Shown here one piece after another: positions 60,365 to 64,000 of a DNA stretch of 64,000 nt. Source of the DNA: Rhodospirillales bacterium. Its GTDB lineage: Bacteria; Pseudomonadota; Alphaproteobacteria; MPNO01; UBA2964. Under the pieces are notes generated by a model that was given only the letters and a program-made list of their open reading frames with translations, did no database searches and was not told the DNA's origin. The stretch is taken from positions 137,132 through 201,131 of the forward strand of contig JAYOLL010000003.1 of assembly GCA_038120295.1 (NCBI GenBank), in the 5' to 3' direction. Every line of letters begins with the position of its first letter. The stretch's first letter is position 1. Both the position numbers and the translations under genes were made by a program.

Positions 60365-61360
60365 TCAGGCAGTGATCGGAAGATCGCCCTTCTTGGCGTC
60401 GATCAGGATGATGGCGAGGCGGCACGTCTCTGTCCCGCGGTTGATCCAGCTATGGTTCGTTCCCTGCTGGACCATGATGTCTCCCGGGTTCAGGTGCACT
60501 TCGGCGCCGTCGTCCAGTTCCATGTCAATCTCGCCCGAAACGCAGAAGATTATGTCCAGCGTGTCCGTGCGGTGCATCCGGCCCGGCATTCCCGCCGGGT
60601 AATCGTTGATGGTGAAGCGGTTCCCGCGCGGCGGCGGCTGGGTGCCGAGGCGGCGCGCACCGTAATCTTCATCTGTCCACATCTCGCAGGGGGATTCGTC
60701 CATCGACCAGATCAGGGTCGAGACCATGCCGCGTCCCGACCATTTGTGATTGGATGCGACGCCATCCATCCCGACCACTGCTTTGCCGTTCGCGTCATGC
60801 GTGGTGACGATGCGGCGGATCGGGGGATTGGGCGGCTCGCCCGTGCCGTCATGCGGCTTGCTCGGCGGCGGGGCGGTTTCGCCCGGACCGGGTTCGTTCT
60901 TGGCGTCCATCAGAACGAAACCGAGCCGACAGGGCTCGGTGCCGCGATTGACCCAGCTATGGTTGGTGCCCTGCTGCACCATGACGTCGCCAGCCTTCAT
61001 ATGGACCGAAGCGCCGTCATCCATGTCCATATCGATTTCGCCCGACAGGCAGATGACGTAATCCAGCGTGTCGGTGCGGTGCATGTTTCCAGGGCAACCC
61101 GGCAGGAACTCGATCACACAGATGCGCGCGCCGTTGGGTTCCGGTTCGCGGTTGACGATACGCTGGCCGAAATCCTCGTCCGACCAGATTTCCACCGGCA
61201 TCTCGTCGGCGTACCAGACCAGGGTCGAAACGCTCTGGTTATGCTTTGGCCATTTATGGTTGGTCGCGGGACCGTCCATCGTGACGACGGCCTTCATGTT
61301 CTCGTCGTGGCCCGTGACGATGCGCCGGATCGGCGGATCGGGCAGCAGGGGATCAGCCAT
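60365..61360 (-). CDS. bicupin protein (two tandem cupin domains)
   Basis: 331 aa from ATG at 61360 (AAGGAG RBS); two homologous halves (PPIRRIVTGHDENMKAVV…GEIDMDMDDGASVHMKAGDVMVQQGTNHSWVNRGTEPCRL and PPIRRIVTTHDANGKAVV…GEIDMELDDGAEVHLNPGDIMVQQGTNHSWINRGTETCRL). The track's 109-aa Arg-rich N-terminal extension is rejected. Confidence 0.7.
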   Translation of the reverse strand: MADPLLPDPPIRRIVTGHDENMKAVVTMDGPATNHKWPKHNQSVSTLVWYADEMPVEIWSDEDFGQRIVNREPEPNGARICVIEFLPGCPGNMHRTDTLDYVICLSGEIDMDMDDGASVHMKAGDVMVQQGTNHSWVNRGTEPCRLGFVLMDAKNEPGPGETAPPPSKPHDGTGEPPNPPIRRIVTTHDANGKAVVGMDGVASNHKWSGRGMVSTLIWSMDESPCEMWTDEDYGARRLGTQPPPRGNRFTINDYPAGMPGRMHRTDTLDIIFCVSGEIDMELDDGAEVHLNPGDIMVQQGTNHSWINRGTETCRLAIILIDAKKGDLPITA

Positions 61361-61380
61361 TCTCAATTCTCCTTTCGGGA

Positions 61381-61935
61381 TCAGTCGGCGAGCGGCTTCG
61401 GGCCGCCGTCGGGAATATCGACATCGAACGACACCAGCACGACCGCGACCATGGTGTAGAACCCGATGATGGTGACGAGGTCGAGTACGGTCTGTTCGCC
61501 CAGAACCTCGACCGCCTTTGCGTAGGTCGTATCCGACAGCGACCGGTCGTGCGACAGCTCCTTCGCCACCCGGTAGACGATTTTCTCGTCGTCCTTTTCG
61601 ATGACGGGTTCCCGGCGCTCGCGGATGGCGTCGGCTATTGCGGGATCGAGTCCGACCTTTTCGACATATTTTTCGTGTGCGTACCATTCGTACTGCGCCG
61701 TGTAGGTCCGTGCGATGACGAGGACGGCGAGTTCGACGAGACGCTGCGGCACCGATGTTTCGTGCCGAAGGTGGCTGCCGAAAAGATTCGCCTTGTCAGC
61801 AAGCTCGGGCGTCCTGAGCCATAGCGCGAACGGCCCCTTGGCCGCGCCGCCGCCGCGCGTACCGGCGATCTCGTCATTGATGCGTTTCTGTTCCGCCGTC
61901 ATCTCGTCGAGCGGAATGGGGTCGATGCGGGCCAT
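61381..61935 (-). CDS. carboxymuconolactone decarboxylase (AhpD-like/CMD) family protein
   Basis: 184 aa; CMD fold pattern (…VELAVLVIARTYTAQYEWYAH…). Confidence 0.65.
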   Translation of the reverse strand: MARIDPIPLDEMTAEQKRINDEIAGTRGGGAAKGPFALWLRTPELADKANLFGSHLRHETSVPQRLVELAVLVIARTYTAQYEWYAHEKYVEKVGLDPAIADAIRERREPVIEKDDEKIVYRVAKELSHDRSLSDTTYAKAVEVLGEQTVLDLVTIIGFYTMVAVVLVSFDVDIPDGGPKPLAD

Positions 61936-62046
61936 GCGGCGCCTCCCTGAAATAGTTGTTGCGCAAAGTCTGCCGCAGAGGCGGAAGGCGGTCTACCTTG
62001 CCGCCGGTTTTTGCTATAATCCCCGAAACGAATAAGGAGATGGGCG

Positions 62047-62913
62047 ATGGCGACTGTACTCGAAGAGATGACTCCGAAACCGCTTTCCGATGCGCTCGGC
62101 GCGGAGATCAGCGGCATTGACGTGCGTGGGCTGGATGATTCGGAATTCGACCGGCTGCGTGACATTTTTCACGACAATCTGGTCCTGGTGGTGAAGGACC
62201 AGAAGCTCTCGCCCGCGGAACAGACCGACTTCGCTGCTCGTTTCGGCGATATCCAGTATCACATCTCGCCAGAATATCTGATGGACGGACAGCCGGAGGT
62301 GATGATCCTTTCCAACGAGATTGAGAATGGAAAGAATGTGGGCATTCCCGATGCCGGCAGCGACCCGCATTCGGACCATTCCTATGTCGACGTGCCGACC
62401 GCCTACACGATGCTGTACGCGCTCAAGGTCCCGAAGGACGGCGGCGATACCGAGTGGACCAACATGATAGCCGCCTACGAGGCGCTGTCGGACGAGATGA
62501 AGGAGCGGCTCGACGGGCTGATCGGCATCCACAGCTTCAACCGGCTGCGCAATCCGCGCATGACGGTCGGTGACCGCCACGGCGACGGGCAGGATTATTA
62601 CAAGCGGTCGCCGCCCGATGCGTTTCACCCGATCGTCCGCACTCACCCGGCGACGGGCAGGAAAGCGCTGTATATCTCGCCGCGCTTCACCATCGGCATC
62701 AGGGATATGGACGATGCCGAGGCGCAGCCTTTGCTGGACGAGCTGTTCGCACATATCGCGCAGCGGCAATTCATCTATCGCCACCGCTGGACGGTCGGAG
62801 ACCTCCTGATGTGGGACAACCGCACCACGTTGCATCTCGCCCTCGGCGGTGTGCCGAAAGGGCAGGCGCGGCGTATGCACCGCGTGACGGTGCAGGGGGA
62901 AGTGCCGGTTTAG
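62047..62913 (+). CDS. TauD/TfdA family Fe(II)/2-oxoglutarate-dependent dioxygenase
   Basis: 288 aa; HxD…H facial triad context (HSDHSY…, …HLALGG), R for 2-OG binding near the C-terminus. Confidence 0.75.
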   Translation: MATVLEEMTPKPLSDALGAEISGIDVRGLDDSEFDRLRDIFHDNLVLVVKDQKLSPAEQTDFAARFGDIQYHISPEYLMDGQPEVMILSNEIENGKNVGIPDAGSDPHSDHSYVDVPTAYTMLYALKVPKDGGDTEWTNMIAAYEALSDEMKERLDGLIGIHSFNRLRNPRMTVGDRHGDGQDYYKRSPPDAFHPIVRTHPATGRKALYISPRFTIGIRDMDDAEAQPLLDELFAHIAQRQFIYRHRWTVGDLLMWDNRTTLHLALGGVPKGQARRMHRVTVQGEVPV

Positions 62914-62932
62914 GATTTTTGGTGTCGGCACT

Positions 62933-63012
62933 GGCCCTCTCCCCCATCCGGCCACCGACTAGGTTACTGGCCCATGAATCCATAGGGGGTGGCCGGGTGG
63001 GTGAGAGGGCCG
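62933..63012. repeat. 80-bp imperfect palindromic (REP/MITE-like) element in the intergenic region
   Basis: GGCCCTCTCCCCCATCCGGCCACC … GGTGGCCGGGTGGGTGAGAGGGCC, arms about 24 nt with 2 mismatches and a loop of about 32 nt; a second nested hairpin AGTGCCGG…CGGCACT (62901-62932) spans the tauD-like stop. Confidence 0.55.
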
Positions 63013-63036
63013 CAAAACGTTTCGTGGGCGATGCTG

Positions 63037-63055
63037 AGTAAGCGGCTTACTTTTT
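63037..63055 (+). terminator. terminator-like hairpin overlapping the MFS gene stop
   Basis: AGTAAGC-G-GCTTACT followed by TTTTTG. Confidence 0.45.
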
Positions 63056-64000
63056 GAACGACGGCGACAGCGCGACCCATATCGACAGCAGAGCCAGCGC
63101 CACGACCCCGGCGATGCCGACGATGTAGAACGCGCTGGCCAGCCCTTCGGTCGGGCTCGTCCCTTCCGCCCGGCTTATGAAGTCGGCCAGCGCGCCCATG
63201 CCGGGCGGCACCAGAAGCCCGCCGAACCGGTTGAAGGATATACGCAGCGCCGTGACGCGCCCCTGCAGATGCGGCGCGACATTGTTCGACAGGATCACGA
63301 TCATCAGCGGCAGGTTGAGCCCCTGGGCGAAACCCCGGACGCTGATCGCGCCGGCCAGGGTAATCAGCAGCAGCGTCGTATAGTTCGTGCCGAACAAGGG
63401 CGTGATTGCGATGGCGACGACCGAGACGCCGATCATGACGATCAGCAGCCAGTGGGCGGTAAAGCGCTTAAGCAGCGGTCCGGTACACAGCGCGGCTACG
63501 GCCGACGCCGCGCTGGCGCCGCCGATCAGCCAGCCGATGGTGGCGCCCGAAACGCCGATATGTTCGCCCAGCCAGACGACGTAGAACGAGCTTTGTACGC
63601 CCGAGCCGGTCTGCCGCATGACGGTGACCATGATGACCATGGCGACCGCCGGCACGAGCAGAAGCCGGTAGGCTTCGCCCAGATTCGACTTTTTCTTCGG
63701 TGTTGAGGTTTCCGATTTCCGGTCGGCGGCGTCGGCCTTGTCCTGTGAGTCCCTGGTCGCGTCGCGCGTATCGGGCAGGAACGACGCGGCGATCATCCCG
63801 CCGGCGATCCACGCGGCCAGCAGGCTGAACGCCCCCCATGGACCGAAGAAATCCCAGATATAGCCGACCGTCGGCGGCCCGAGAATGCCGCCGATCCGGG
63901 CGACGAAGGTCATGCGCCCGGCATAGACCGGGTGCCCCTTCATGAGCTGGCCGACCAGAGTCTGGCTGCCGATCCAGGCGGTCGCTTCGGTAAAACCCGA
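63047..64000 (-). CDS. MFS transporter (3' part; gene continues beyond the window end)
   Basis: Frame is open on the minus strand through 64000; multiple TM helices, MFS-like loop motifs; C-terminus ends SPSFKK. Confidence 0.6.
   Translation of the reverse strand, partial: SGFTEATAWIGSQTLVGQLMKGHPVYAGRMTFVARIGGILGPPTVGYIWDFFGPWGAFSLLAAWIAGGMIAASFLPDTRDATRDSQDKADAADRKSETSTPKKKSNLGEAYRLLLVPAVAMVIMVTVMRQTGSGVQSSFYVVWLGEHIGVSGATIGWLIGGASAASAVAALCTGPLLKRFTAHWLLIVMIGVSVVAIAITPLFGTNYTTLLLITLAGAISVRGFAQGLNLPLMIVILSNNVAPHLQGRVTALRISFNRFGGLLVPPGMGALADFISRAEGTSPTEGLASAFYIVGIAGVVALALLSIWVALSPSFKK

Noticed and set aside
1-64000. CRISPR arrays, IS elements, integrases, prophage genes
   Set aside because: No regularly spaced repeats, transposase or integrase motifs, or terminal inverted repeats were seen; apart from the mosaic glycosylation cassette the window looks like conserved core chromosome.

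Overview
This window is a high-GC (about 63%) alphaproteobacterial, Rhizobiales-like, chromosomal core segment on which I find no transposases, integrases, CRISPR arrays, rRNAs or tRNAs. Recognisable conserved blocks, in order: fabG-acpP-fabF-mltG; an MscS channel, an SDR, yicC-gmk; the LPS-export/envelope operon rsmA-pdxA-surA-lptD-lptG-lptF on the minus strand; pepA-holC-ndk; purM-purN divergent from DUF2066-(pgsA-like)-AI-2E permease-hda; rnd, a serine hydrolase and an LLM monooxygenase; aspS; divK-pleD, rpmG, ctpA, rnr, topA, dprA, plsY; ruvX and gatC-gatA-gatB. The distal end holds a small redox and catabolic group: a GST, a redoxin, a 2-hydroxyacid dehydrogenase, an aminotransferase, a bicupin, a CMD-family protein, a TauD-like dioxygenase and an MFS transporter. 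Main non-core observations: (1) a five-gene, compositionally mosaic cassette (SGNH hydrolase, GtrB/ArnC-like GT2, ArnE/F-like small flippase-type protein, ArnT/PMT-like GT-C transferase, SAM methyltransferase) sits in the lptF|pepA divergent intergenic region and looks like a polyprenyl-phosphate-sugar-dependent envelope/lipid A-type modification module of unusual composition. (2) A periplasmic thioredoxin-fold redoxin has a single in-frame UGA exactly at the first position of its W-x-P-H-C redox motif, followed 20 nt later by a hairpin with a GGUC apical loop resembling the E. coli fdhF bacterial SECIS; this is a candidate selenoprotein. (3) divK is interrupted by a 1-nt deletion in an A7 run. 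(4) purM has no canonical initiator in frame. (5) rpmG (55 aa) was missed by the ORF track, and there are several terminators, palindromic elements and small ORFs.
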